The translations under genes were made by a program, and so were the position numbers. This document shows positions 44,598-53,750 of a DNA stretch of 64,000 nt, piece after piece (the first letter of the stretch is position 1; each line of letters begins with the position of its first letter). The DNA is taken from positions 1 to 64,000 of the IMG/VR virus record IMGVR_UViG_3300020037_006332, one strand, 5' to 3'. A model generated the notes under the pieces. It was not told where the DNA came from. It was given only the letters and a program-made list of their open reading frames with translations, and did not search any database. The DNA comes from a virus (lineage: Duplodnaviria; Caudoviricetes).

Positions 44598-44967
44598 TTT
44601 GGCCTCGATTCGTTAGGAAAATCTGGTCGAACACTTGGCCGCAAGTGAGGTCGTCCATCTTGCGAAGCGTGATTCCGGGCGGGGCTGGGGACGTTTTCAG
44701 CCAAACCCACCATCCCCGGATGGTCTTTGTTTCGTGGCGAATGCAAGCCACTAGGTAGGCCGGGCCGGCGGCACCGCCGGTGACGTCGGGGGCCGTGTGC
44801 ACGATCACGTATTCAGGCTGGCCGGGGGCCAGCCAAAATAGCTCGTTCAGGTCCAAGCGGTTGCCGCCCGGCAATCCCCTCCAGACGCCTACCCAATGTT
44901 CGTATCGGTAGCCCGGGTGCAAGCCGACTAGGTGGTCGATGGCTCGGTCCATGTCGCTTTTGCTCAT
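44584..44967 (-). CDS. Small protein, C-terminal tag family
   Basis: FDQIFLT. Confidence 0.55.
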   Translation of the reverse strand: MSKSDMDRAIDHLVGLHPGYRYEHWVGVWRGLPGGNRLDLNELFWLAPGQPEYVIVHTAPDVTGGAAGPAYLVACIRHETKTIRGWWVWLKTSPAPPGITLRKMDDLTCGQVFDQIFLTNRGQNAPH

Positions 44968-45311
44968 GCCTGCCCCCCTAAGAAAATGGCGTCATAGGCT
45001 TGCTCTAGTGCCTCGCTGGGGGCTTTATGCTCCTGGATGATCGGGTCGGTTCGCCGGCTGGCTCCCTCAGTAACCCACCAGAAGTCCGTGCGGCTGCCGT
45101 TGGCGGTGGCCATGAGGTACTGGGGGACTTCTTCGTCGGTGGCCGCAATCAGCGTGGTCCGGCCCGGGGCGGGGTGATTCAGCACGGTGTCAGTGTGCAC
45201 AAACCGGCCGACGGGGAAACGCTTCCGCAAACCCGCGATGGCCTTGTCCGATTGTTCCTCGATGCGTGTGACACGCAAGCCGGGGACTAGGGCGTAGGTG
45301 AATTCGCTCAT
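44964..45311 (-). CDS. Small protein, C-terminal tag family
   Basis: YDAIFLG. Confidence 0.55.
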   Translation of the reverse strand: MSEFTYALVPGLRVTRIEEQSDKAIAGLRKRFPVGRFVHTDTVLNHPAPGRTTLIAATDEEVPQYLMATANGSRTDFWWVTEGASRRTDPIIQEHKAPSEALEQAYDAIFLGGQA

Positions 45312-45673
45312 AGGAAAATCCGCTCCAGCTCCCGGGTGAAGTCTACGGCGTGCAGGTCAAGTTCCCGGATCGGCGGATAGGCGGCTACGTCGGGGTGTGT
45401 TTCGTGGTCGGTGTAGTAGCTGACGTCGCAATAGCCTACCCGGTGGACGCGGATATAAATCGGGTAGTCGGCGTGCATGTTGGCCCCCGGGTGCACGGCC
45501 CGGTAGCCTGTGAGCCGGTAGTAGGTAAATGGCCCCTGTCTCGCTGGTTCCTTTTGGTAAAAAAAATAGTCGCTATGCTTGGCCCATTCGAGATAGACCA
45601 TTGCGACGCGAAGGGCCTTTCGCAGAATGTCCACGAATTCAGCGTTTTGGTCTTTGGTGTGAATGAGTGGCAT
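45308..45673 (-). CDS. Small protein, C-terminal tag family
   Basis: Ends LERIFL. Confidence 0.55.
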   Translation of the reverse strand: MPLIHTKDQNAEFVDILRKALRVAMVYLEWAKHSDYFFYQKEPARQGPFTYYRLTGYRAVHPGANMHADYPIYIRVHRVGYCDVSYYTDHETHPDVAAYPPIRELDLHAVDFTRELERIFL

Positions 45674-45676
45674 TGG

Positions 45677-46159
45677 TTAAAATTCCCAGCCGGGGACGGC
45701 TTTGCTGAAAAATCCCGCTAGGGCTCGATAGGCTTTTTCGTCGATCACTACCAGCTTGACGGCGGGGTGATACTTGGCCATGCGTTTGATCTTGGTTTTA
45801 CTGCGGCCGTCCATGTGGCCTTTGACTTCGTGAAACTCGACGCGGCCGTCGGGTAGGGTGACTTTGAAATCGGGCAGGTAGCTGACGCATCCCCGTTTGA
45901 CTCCGGCAAACCAAAATGTTTCGGGCTCGTGGGCCCAGTCCTGGATATCGCCACGTTGCTTTTGCCACTCCAGATAGCGGGCGTAGTTGGCTTCCCATTT
46001 GGATCGGTAATATTTCTTTTGGCCTCCAATCTCTTGCCACGACGCTCGCCACTTTCGGGCCGCTGGGGATTTCGGGGGCGGTGCCTTGCGGGCCTCGGTT
46101 AATTTCCGGGCCAGCTCGGCGGCGTCCAGGCTAGGCGTCGGGGCTTTCTTCTTGGTCAT
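45677..46159 (-). CDS. PD-(D/E)xK endonuclease (DUF1064-like)
   Basis: SKWEANYARYL...YLPDF...EVKG. Confidence 0.75.
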   Translation of the reverse strand: MTKKKAPTPSLDAAELARKLTEARKAPPPKSPAARKWRASWQEIGGQKKYYRSKWEANYARYLEWQKQRGDIQDWAHEPETFWFAGVKRGCVSYLPDFKVTLPDGRVEFHEVKGHMDGRSKTKIKRMAKYHPAVKLVVIDEKAYRALAGFFSKAVPGWEF

Positions 46160-46691
46160 CGCGGGGGCCTTCCGTGGCTGGCTCCTTGGGTTCGGTCAAG
46201 TGGTCCAGCTTGGCCTGGAGTTGCTCGACTTGAAACTCCAGGCTTTTCAGTCGGGCTAAAACCACGCCGGTGGCAAAGCAAAGCCGGTCCATCGCGTCGG
46301 CCTTTGGATCGTCGTCCGGGCTGTTGCTGTAGGTGTGCAGCTCGACGCGGCGGGCGAGCCATGTTATCCGGTCTTGGAGGACTTCAATATCGCCGGTTTC
46401 GAGGACTGCGGAATCGAGTGGCATAGGGTCGGGCTCTTTCTTGTAGGTGGTGGTGGTTTTGGTTTCGGTGAATCGCGGTTCTTCGTTGGCGGCGTAGGCC
46501 CGGGTGGTTTCTCGCCAACTGGCTAGGGTGTCTTGCTCGTGCTGGCGGCCGTCGGCTCGGGCCAGCCGGAGGATCAATAGAAATAGGGCCATGCCGGTGA
46601 GTAGGCCGGCGATGGCGTAGGAAACCCCGTGGGGGTCGTTCTGGTGGAGCCACGCGGGCCACTGGTGCCAGTCGGCGGGGAGTGGTGTCAT
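46131..46691 (-). CDS. Single-TM protein with coiled coil
   Basis: Hydrophobic AIAGLLTGMALFLLIL. Confidence 0.5.
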   Translation of the reverse strand: MTPLPADWHQWPAWLHQNDPHGVSYAIAGLLTGMALFLLILRLARADGRQHEQDTLASWRETTRAYAANEEPRFTETKTTTTYKKEPDPMPLDSAVLETGDIEVLQDRITWLARRVELHTYSNSPDDDPKADAMDRLCFATGVVLARLKSLEFQVEQLQAKLDHLTEPKEPATEGPRDDQEESPDA

Positions 46692-47074
46692 CGGGCGGCC
46701 TTGGCCTTTCGTTTGACGTTCTTGGCCTCGGGATTGCCCACGACGTAGCCCAGCCGGGCGATGGTCCGATTCCAGCAGGCGGCCAGCTCTCGGGGCCGGT
46801 TCTCGCGGTCGTCGTTAATCTGCACGACGCTGGGGAAACGGTGGTAGTAGTTCATGCTGACCCCGCAGCTCCGAAGCCCCATTCTTTCGGCCTCGGCAAA
46901 TAATCGCTTTTCCAGGGATGCAGCTAGCGGGCTATCCCAGCCCACGCATTCCAGGACCCATCCACTGAGACAATGCCGCCGGCCCTCGCCATATTCGTTG
47001 CGGATAATGTCACTGCTTTCCAGGACGGGCATGGTGTCCGGGTATTTCCGTAGGTTCTTTTTGATCTTCTTCAT
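46688..47074 (-). CDS. Hypothetical protein
   Basis: Coupled ORF. Confidence 0.55.
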   Translation of the reverse strand: MKKIKKNLRKYPDTMPVLESSDIIRNEYGEGRRHCLSGWVLECVGWDSPLAASLEKRLFAEAERMGLRSCGVSMNYYHRFPSVVQINDDRENRPRELAACWNRTIARLGYVVGNPEAKNVKRKAKAAR

Positions 47075-47520
47075 GGGTTTCCCTTTCCTAAAAAAATCTC
47101 GTGTAGGTTGTGATTGACGGGGGTGAAAACGTGGTGCTCGCTGCCATATCGGACTAGCTCGTCAATTCGCTGGCGGGTGCGGGGGTTGCGTTTGGCTAGC
47201 GTTTCCAGGACTCCCTGCCAGCCGTTGTGGTGCGGCCGGTCTTCGTGCAGGTAGGACGTTATGAATAGTTTTCGCGGGGCCCGGGCGGTGGGTGTGAATT
47301 GCAGCTTCCCCACGGCTAGCATCCAGCTCCCGAAGTTGTGTGAGCAATAGGCATGGGCCGTTCGCACGGGACTGAGGGGATCGAAATATCTCACCAGCGA
47401 AATCGACGAACAAAGGGGCCCTATGCTTTCCGCGAATGTCCAGCCATCCACCACGAATTGGATTTTCTCGCCGGGGTATAACTCCCGGAATGTCTCCAGC
47501 GGTAGGGTGCTAGTTCTCAT
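47071..47520 (-). CDS. Small protein, C-terminal tag family
   Basis: LHEIFLG. Confidence 0.55.
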   Translation of the reverse strand: MRTSTLPLETFRELYPGEKIQFVVDGWTFAESIGPLCSSISLVRYFDPLSPVRTAHAYCSHNFGSWMLAVGKLQFTPTARAPRKLFITSYLHEDRPHHNGWQGVLETLAKRNPRTRQRIDELVRYGSEHHVFTPVNHNLHEIFLGKGNP

Positions 47521-47846
47521 GGCAGAAAAATCTCGTCCATCGTTTTCTGGATTCGCATATCGGCTAATTGCTTCTGGAGCCGCTCGCGTAGGTTCTTATT
47601 GAGTTGCTTTAGGCTCCAGTCGCCATTGTCGACCACGCGGGCCCAAACGGTTTTGGTGTCATGGTTGACGCGGATAATGACAAGCCCACCTTCCGGCCGC
47701 TCGTAGATTTCAAAGGCTTCCAGCGGGGCGTTTAGGAAAGCCCGGCGGGCCATAAAAACGCGATAGGTGTAGCCGGGGTATCTCCGGCGGGCGATGGTGG
47801 CCAGTCTTTCGACGTAGAAATCTCGCATGGTCGGCAATCCTATCAT
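47517..47846 (-). CDS. Small protein, C-terminal tag family
   Basis: Ends MDEIFLP; true start may be MRDF at 47828. Confidence 0.55.
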   Translation of the reverse strand: MIGLPTMRDFYVERLATIARRRYPGYTYRVFMARRAFLNAPLEAFEIYERPEGGLVIIRVNHDTKTVWARVVDNGDWSLKQLNKNLRERLQKQLADMRIQKTMDEIFLP

Positions 47847-47867
47847 CCGCTCGCTATACTTGCAAGC

Positions 47868-48716
47868 CTAGGGGGCCCAGTCGATGCCTCGGTTCCAGGC
47901 GTCCAGGTCTTCGTTGAAGTTGGCCGGCTTGGGGGGCTGGTAGTGCTCCATCCAGCACGTGAGGTCGTGGACGCTCTCCTTGGAGAATCCGGGGCAGATT
48001 CTCATTTTCTTGGGATCGTATAGCAGGGGCTTGTCGGTGGCATATTGGCCCGTGTTCTTGTCGTAGCCGCCCCGGCTGTAGCCCTCGTGCCGGTCGCCGG
48101 CCTTACACGGGCAGCGGATGGCCACGCGGTAAAGGCCCCGGCCGGGGAAGGTTAATTTCTTGTCCTTGGCGAGTTTCATGCTGCTCATTCGCCAGACTTC
48201 GACTAGGCCCACGTCGCGGCAATCCAGGCAGGCGTAGCGGTGTTCCGTTTCGGGATCGAGTGGCATTAGCTCGGCGGCCAGCTCGTGGGGATCGTCGCCG
48301 GCCTCGGCGGCCTGGACTAGCTTGCCCATGATCGCCTTGCTATCCCAGTCGGCCGGGTTCGCGGGCGGGGTGGCCAGCTCGTTGTAGTCCACTTGCGGCA
48401 GGTTGGAGCGGAATCGCTCACCCTCTAGAATCGCACACAATCGCTTGTAATGCGTCGGTGTCATGGCCCGGTCTTTCGGGTCAACCGGATCGAAAGAGCC
48501 GCTTAGGATGCGTCTGGTGGCTTCCAGGGCATCGTCTAGGGTGCACTGCTCCAGGACTGGATACCATTTGGCCAAGAAACTTCGGTAGCGGGGGTCTTTC
48601 TCGCGTTCGGCTTGCTCCATGCCGGCGGTTTCGGTGCTTTCGTTGATGAAAGCGGCGGCCTGGGGGAACGTGCTGCAATGATCGGCAAGCCACTTGATAA
48701 ACTCTTGCTTGGTCAT
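47868..48716 (-). CDS. Replication-associated protein (position of helicase loader/partner)
   Basis: Follows the initiator; C-terminal CLDC...CPC. Confidence 0.5.
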   Translation of the reverse strand: MTKQEFIKWLADHCSTFPQAAAFINESTETAGMEQAEREKDPRYRSFLAKWYPVLEQCTLDDALEATRRILSGSFDPVDPKDRAMTPTHYKRLCAILEGERFRSNLPQVDYNELATPPANPADWDSKAIMGKLVQAAEAGDDPHELAAELMPLDPETEHRYACLDCRDVGLVEVWRMSSMKLAKDKKLTFPGRGLYRVAIRCPCKAGDRHEGYSRGGYDKNTGQYATDKPLLYDPKKMRICPGFSKESVHDLTCWMEHYQPPKPANFNEDLDAWNRGIDWAP

Positions 48717-48719
48717 GGG

Positions 48720-49499
48720 TTAAAACTCCTGCTCTAGCGATGGGACGGAGTAGTCGCGGCGGCTGTTTTTCTGGAAAAGCTGGCCCTGGGGCCGCCGGTC
48801 TTGCTGCTTCGATAGCCAGTTATTCAAAAAACGCGGGATATTCACGGGCCTTTCGCTCGGATTGTCGATGCACCATTGGCGGGCCTTGCGGCATTCCGCC
48901 AGCACGTTCACGCCGGGATAGGCTTCGGCGTACTCGTCGATCTTGGATTGGCGGAGTAGGTAAACCCCGGCCTTTTGGTTCTTTGAACCTGAGTGGGCAA
49001 TTTCGAGAATCACGGGATCGGGATTAATTTCTGGCGTTCCGGTTGTATGGGTCTGGTTCTGGTGTGGGTCTGGTGTGGTGTGGGTCTGGTGTGGGTCTAG
49101 CGTAACGTTTTCGTTACGGGCCCGGCCCGTATCCGTAACGCTTTCGGGAAGTGGTTGCGGGAAAACAACTTGCGGCTTTACGTCTTTCCTTAGCGTCTTG
49201 TACACGTCGACCAGCTCGACGTATGCGTCTCCGTTGATGCGATACCTCTGGAGTAGCCCCACGGCGGCCAGTTCGGCAATCCAGGATTCGACGTCTTTGG
49301 CGGTGACTTGACCGGCGACCATGCGGGCCGTGTATAGCCTCGCCATTACCCATTTTGCGTCGCCGTAGTACCTTCCCGCGTCGTCGCTGGCGGCAATCAG
49401 CCGGGTGTAGAGCGTTTCGGCTCCGATGCTAACGGCGTTCACCTTGTCGCTGTCCGGGTAGCTCTTTAAGAGGGGGTTATACGCTTCCCTGCGTGCCAT
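48720..49499 (-). CDS. Phage replication initiator-like protein
   Basis: N-terminal winged-helix pattern (AETLYTRLIAASDDAGR), repetitive linker, C-terminal FLNNWL. Confidence 0.65.
   Translation of the reverse strand: MARREAYNPLLKSYPDSDKVNAVSIGAETLYTRLIAASDDAGRYYGDAKWVMARLYTARMVAGQVTAKDVESWIAELAAVGLLQRYRINGDAYVELVDVYKTLRKDVKPQVVFPQPLPESVTDTGRARNENVTLDPHQTHTTPDPHQNQTHTTGTPEINPDPVILEIAHSGSKNQKAGVYLLRQSKIDEYAEAYPGVNVLAECRKARQWCIDNPSERPVNIPRFLNNWLSKQQDRRPQGQLFQKNSRRDYSVPSLEQEF
49047..49140. repeat. Iteron-like repeats, candidate origin inside the initiator gene
   Basis: Four TGGGTCT(G/A)G copies, then the CGTAAC-N6-GTTACG inverted repeat and a third CGTAAC. Confidence 0.5.
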
Positions 49500-50061
49500 C
49501 CTTGGGCTCCTTGATTTTTTTCCAGCAAACGCCGCAAAAGTACCGCCAAGTCTTATCGTCGTAGTGCGGCCAGTGCGGCGGCATCCTGACGAAAGCGATA
49601 TCAATCGAGTCGAGTATTTCCGCCTCCGGTAAGCGGCGTAGGAACGTCTTTAGGGTCTGCTCGCGGTCCCTGTCTGCGTGCGTTCCTTCAGCCCATCCGC
49701 AGTTCGCTGTCCAGTGCTGCCAGAGTCGCCGCACGGAGTTGATTTCTGCTTCGCGTAGCTCTAGCAAAAGGTCGTTGTATGCCCGGGTCTGCTCTTGGCG
49801 TTCCTGGCGTTCCTTGGATTGGTCGGCCAGCGACCTAGGGACCATTGACAGCGGAACGGCCGCCTTGCCGCGATTACAGTCCTGGCAGGCGGTCAATAAG
49901 TTTCGCTCATGGTCTTCGCCGCCCTCCGCCAGTGGCACGATATGATCGGCTTCCAAGATGACAGCCGGCGGCGATTTGCCGCAATATTGGCAACTAAACC
50001 TATCCCTCTTGAATACTTCAAACCGCTGTCGCTTTGATAGTCCCTTGCGTGGCTTTGCCAT
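49477..50061 (-). CDS. HNH endonuclease
   Basis: RFEVFKRDRFSCQYCG...DHIVP..GG..NLLTACQDCNRGK. Confidence 0.85.
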   Translation of the reverse strand: MAKPRKGLSKRQRFEVFKRDRFSCQYCGKSPPAVILEADHIVPLAEGGEDHERNLLTACQDCNRGKAAVPLSMVPRSLADQSKERQERQEQTRAYNDLLLELREAEINSVRRLWQHWTANCGWAEGTHADRDREQTLKTFLRRLPEAEILDSIDIAFVRMPPHWPHYDDKTWRYFCGVCWKKIKEPKDGTQGSV

Positions 50062-50084
50062 ATGGGTGGCCTCCCGTGGTCCAA

Positions 50085-50122
50085 CAAAAACGCCCCCGGG
50101 CACGGTCTTGTGCTCCGGGGGC
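50085..50122 (-). terminator. Intrinsic terminator
   Basis: GCCCCCGG(A/G)GCAC hairpin followed by a T-run on the minus strand. Confidence 0.65.
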
Positions 50123-50174
50123 ATGATCTTGGCGAAGTGCCGTGGTCACTGTCAAGCTACTGCGAGCGTACCCG

Positions 50175-50687
50175 CTATTTAGTGGCCGTCCCGTTTGCTA
50201 GCACTGCCAATAGTTCCCCGGCGGCGGTGTAGCTGCCGCACTCGTCGGCTAGTCGCTTGGCCATGAAAACCACGCGGGCGGGGCCTTCCAGCATGGATAC
50301 AATCCCGTCGGCGGCCCGGACTAGGATCACGTCTTTGGGCTCCTTGTCGACGCGGGTGGTGACGGTCACGGCCTTGCCCTTGGGCTTGTTCTTGGCCCCC
50401 TTGGGGCGGCCGACGGCCTTCTTGGCCTTGAGCGGCCCGGCGGGCCGGAGAATCCCGCCCAGCGTGCCGGGCTTGGCCTTGGGTAGCTTCAGCTTGGGGA
50501 CGGTCTTGGCCTTCTCGGTCTTGCCCAGCAGGCCCCGGCGGACTTGATAGATCAAGGCCGGCGAGCACGGGATGCCCTCGGCTTGCAGCGTGGCGGCGAT
50601 GCCGGCGGCGGGGGCCTTGGGATCGGCGGTTAGCAGTTCGCGGATACGCTCGCTGCGGCTGCTGGTCTGGTCGGTCGTGGTGCTCAT
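50175..50687 (-). CDS. Basic putative DNA-binding protein
   Basis: HTH-like N-terminus; Lys-rich middle. Confidence 0.55.
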   Translation of the reverse strand: MSTTTDQTSSRSERIRELLTADPKAPAAGIAATLQAEGIPCSPALIYQVRRGLLGKTEKAKTVPKLKLPKAKPGTLGGILRPAGPLKAKKAVGRPKGAKNKPKGKAVTVTTRVDKEPKDVILVRAADGIVSMLEGPARVVFMAKRLADECGSYTAAGELLAVLANGTATK

Positions 50688-50747
50688 AGCGGTAAACTCC
50701 AGTTTTGGTTAAATCCGTTCGGGTTGAAAATGTCCGCCCAGCGGACA

Positions 50748-51866
50748 CTAAAATGGGATATCGTCGTGTGTGGGGAATGCCTGTTTCTGTTCGGGCGGGG
50801 CGGCCGGCTTGGGGTCGGCTTTCTTGGCGGCCTTCTTTTCGGCGGCGGCCATTTCCTTGGCCTCGCGGGCCTTGCCGGCTTGGTCCAGGTTAATTTTCTG
50901 GGTCTGCTCGGTGGCTCGCATGGCTAGCTCGCCCTGGGTCTGGTCGAATAGCTCCCGGAGGTCGTGGGGGGCTAGGCTGGTGTCGACGGCTTTGATCTGG
51001 CTGCCGAATTCTTGCACGGCGTCGTGCACGGCTCCCCGGGTCTGGGCCCGTTCGATCTGTTGGGTGGCGGCCTCGATGATTTCCCCCAGCTTGGCCTCGA
51101 CGGCTATCACGTCGATTTCGGGCCGCTCGGGTACGGGGCTGCTCTCGACGTCGATCACTTCCTCGGGCCGGCTGGCCTTGCGGCCCTTGCGTAGCTTGGC
51201 GGTGGCGGCCTGGAGCGTGGCGGCCGGTGCCGGCAGGTTGGCGGCGGCCCGGCTTTCGTTGATCTGCTCCATGTCTTCCTCGGTGACCACGCCGAGAATG
51301 ATTTCGGGAGCGTGCCGGCGGGCCCATTTGATCGCCCCAGTGTAGGTGATTTTCTGCTGGGGGTCTTTCTTCCAGGCGTCGTTAGTGGTCCTGTGATCGC
51401 CCACCCGGGCGGTGACGGTGCGGTCGAAATCCTCTCCCTCGAAGCGGCCGGAGACGGTGACGGTGAGGTCGTCGCCGGTGCCGGTGTAGTCGTACCGCAA
51501 GCGGCCCACTAGGCCAGCTCGGGCGTTGATAACCCCGGCCACCAGTTTGCCCTGGAAAGCCAGCTTTCCGCCCACGACGTAGGTTTCGGGGGTGAGGCTA
51601 AACGGGTCCATTTGCCAGCGGAATGCCTGTGAGCAAATGAGGAAACAGTTACCTACCACTTCCTCGAATTCAAACCGCCGTTCTTTATTGCGGGTCAAGT
51701 GGTCCGGCAGCACGGACGCCGATGCCATGATCTTGGCCACGCGGTAGAGGGCGTTATAGCGGTCGGTGTCCAGCAGGTAGCCCAGCGGGCTGTCGTCTTT
51801 GTTGACACTCAGCCGGCGGGGCTCGGGGACGGTGACGGCGGTGCTAGGCTGGGGCTCGGTGCTCAT
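50748..51866 (-). CDS. RecT-like ssDNA annealing protein
   Basis: Follows YqaJ; MDPF..TYVVGGKL motifs; acidic DDIPF C-terminus. Confidence 0.7.
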   Translation of the reverse strand: MSTEPQPSTAVTVPEPRRLSVNKDDSPLGYLLDTDRYNALYRVAKIMASASVLPDHLTRNKERRFEFEEVVGNCFLICSQAFRWQMDPFSLTPETYVVGGKLAFQGKLVAGVINARAGLVGRLRYDYTGTGDDLTVTVSGRFEGEDFDRTVTARVGDHRTTNDAWKKDPQQKITYTGAIKWARRHAPEIILGVVTEEDMEQINESRAAANLPAPAATLQAATAKLRKGRKASRPEEVIDVESSPVPERPEIDVIAVEAKLGEIIEAATQQIERAQTRGAVHDAVQEFGSQIKAVDTSLAPHDLRELFDQTQGELAMRATEQTQKINLDQAGKAREAKEMAAAEKKAAKKADPKPAAPPEQKQAFPTHDDIPF

Positions 51867-52019
51867 GGGTTTCCTTTTCTGCGGCGTCTGCGGCCATTAG
51901 CGATAGCTTGGCGTAGAGCTGGGCTAGCGGCCTGACTTCTGGGTAGTCTTTTCCGTAAACGGCTTCTAGGGCTTCCAGCAGGATTCTGATTTCTTCGCAC
52001 GATAGCACTGTCGAATCTC

Positions 52020-52970
52020 CTACTCTAGTGCCTTTAGTATTTTCTTGGTCGCGGACTCGCCGACTTTCCGAAGCGTGCGAATCGACTTAGGGGCCACGGT
52101 GAAACCGGCCCGGTCGCTGGTCTTCCAGGCGTAGAGCGAGCCATCCGGGAGCCGGGCGTAGGTGTTATCCCCTAGGGCGGCCTTGACGGTGTTCTCGAAT
52201 AGCTCGATATCCTTTTCCAGCTCTTTGATCTGGGCCCGGGCCTCGTCGGCCTTGCTGGCCATATCGGCCGGGATGCTGGTCACTTCTACCAGTAGCCCGT
52301 TATCGCGGGGGTGCAGTTGGGTTAAAACTCGGCTGGTTAATTCGCTGTCATCGGCCGGCGGCATTTTGTTGTTTTGAACATACCACCAGAATTTTGCGGC
52401 CGATTCCAGCATGGCCTCGATAAACTCGTCGTCCCGCTGGACGTCGTACCAGACTAGCCGCTGGCCTCCGATCAAGGCGGCGAGCGTGCCCCACGTGCAT
52501 CCCGTGCAAGCCAGTTCGGCCTGCACTTGGATTTGATACTGGAGCGGGATGCTGGCTTCCTCCTTCCAGTGCTTGCCCATCATTTCGTTGGTGGTCTTCA
52601 CTTGCAGCACGCCGACTAGCGGGTTCGGCTCGATTTGCTGCCATGCGTCCGGGGTACAGCCCAGAAATGGGTAGTCCGGGTGCTGGTGCACGGTGAACGG
52701 CGGGGCGGCCTGGACTAGCCGGCCCGTCCGCTCGGCAAACTCGTCGATGATCGGGCCCTCGAATCGTTGCCCCCAGCGGATACGCTCGTGGAGGGCGGCT
52801 AGGTCTTCGGCCGGCAGGTTGCCGGTCTTCTCGGCCCAAACGGCGACGGGGCTTTTCCAGGGTGAAAACCCTAGGGCGGCGGCGATATCACTGGCCCCTA
52901 GTAGACTGCGGCGGGCCAGCAGCCACGCCTCGCGGCTACTGTAGGCGGTTGGTGCGGGGTGGCGTGTCAT
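52020..52970 (-). CDS. YqaJ-like viral recombinase/exonuclease
   Basis: WL..RR..LGASD, WG..FE, TPD, QVKT, YQIQVQ. Confidence 0.88.
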   Translation of the reverse strand: MTRHPAPTAYSSREAWLLARRSLLGASDIAAALGFSPWKSPVAVWAEKTGNLPAEDLAALHERIRWGQRFEGPIIDEFAERTGRLVQAAPPFTVHQHPDYPFLGCTPDAWQQIEPNPLVGVLQVKTTNEMMGKHWKEEASIPLQYQIQVQAELACTGCTWGTLAALIGGQRLVWYDVQRDDEFIEAMLESAAKFWWYVQNNKMPPADDSELTSRVLTQLHPRDNGLLVEVTSIPADMASKADEARAQIKELEKDIELFENTVKAALGDNTYARLPDGSLYAWKTSDRAGFTVAPKSIRTLRKVGESATKKILKALE

Positions 52971-53445
52971 CGTCTTTCTGGTCCTGGAGGGCGTCGGTTA
53001 ATTCCTTCATCAGCTCGCGGATCGCGTCTTTGCTCTCGGGGAGCCCTTTGGTCACAATCGGGAAAATCGCGTCTTGCATGGCGTGCATAAGCGTGTTCGT
53101 CATGCGGTTGCAATCGTCGATGGCGTCGTCGCCGGAGCACTTCACTTCGGCCATGAGCCGGGCGGCGGTGCGTAGCAGGGCCCGGACCATTGCCGCCGAG
53201 TGGTTGGTGAACCGTAGGCTAGTGGCCTTGATATCGTCCATGCTCGTGGTTTCCGGGTCGGGTAGTCCGTCGGGGAATGCGTTGGCGGTTAAATACCCGT
53301 TGGCGGCCTCGATTATGAAATCGAATGCCTTTTTCTCCAGGGCGATAACCTGGAGCATTTCCGGCATCTTTTCCTGGGCCTCGGCCTTGGTGGCCTTTTC
53401 GCGGATCGAGTCTGAGAAGTCTTTCCAAAAATCTTCGGGCTTCAT
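52936..53445 (-). CDS. Hypothetical protein
   Basis: Co-oriented ORF. Confidence 0.55.
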   Translation of the reverse strand: MKPEDFWKDFSDSIREKATKAEAQEKMPEMLQVIALEKKAFDFIIEAANGYLTANAFPDGLPDPETTSMDDIKATSLRFTNHSAAMVRALLRTAARLMAEVKCSGDDAIDDCNRMTNTLMHAMQDAIFPIVTKGLPESKDAIRELMKELTDALQDQKDDDTPPRTNRLQ

Positions 53446-53456
53446 GCGTCGGGCTC

Positions 53457-53750
53457 CTAGGTTAATTTTGCGAGTGCGGTGCGGGGTCGGGTGTAGTACA
53501 CAAACCCGGCGATTTCGATGCCGTTCGGGTGCAGTATGTAGGGCGTTCCTGGCCAGTGGGTGCGGTGCATGTGTAGGGGCCCCCAGTGCTTGGTGGCGGC
53601 CCGGCCTACTATGGATTCTTCGGCGGCCCGGGCTCGCCAGCCGTCACGGTTTGCTCGGCGGATGGTGGTGGTAAACTCGCCAGTTATCTCAGTGGGCTCG
53701 TGGGTGGCCCACTCGAAAACCATGTCCTGGGGTGTGATTTCAGGCGGCAT
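53457..53750 (-). CDS. Small protein, N-tag family
   Basis: MPPEITPQDMVFEW; directly downstream of csrA. Confidence 0.55.
   Translation of the reverse strand: MPPEITPQDMVFEWATHEPTEITGEFTTTIRRANRDGWRARAAEESIVGRAATKHWGPLHMHRTHWPGTPYILHPNGIEIAGFVYYTRPRTALAKLT

Noticed and set aside
35017-47846. IFLG-coding DNA as integron-like attC sites
   Set aside because: No inverted-repeat structure, synonymous changes present, frame fixed and no integrase seen; kept as a protein motif instead
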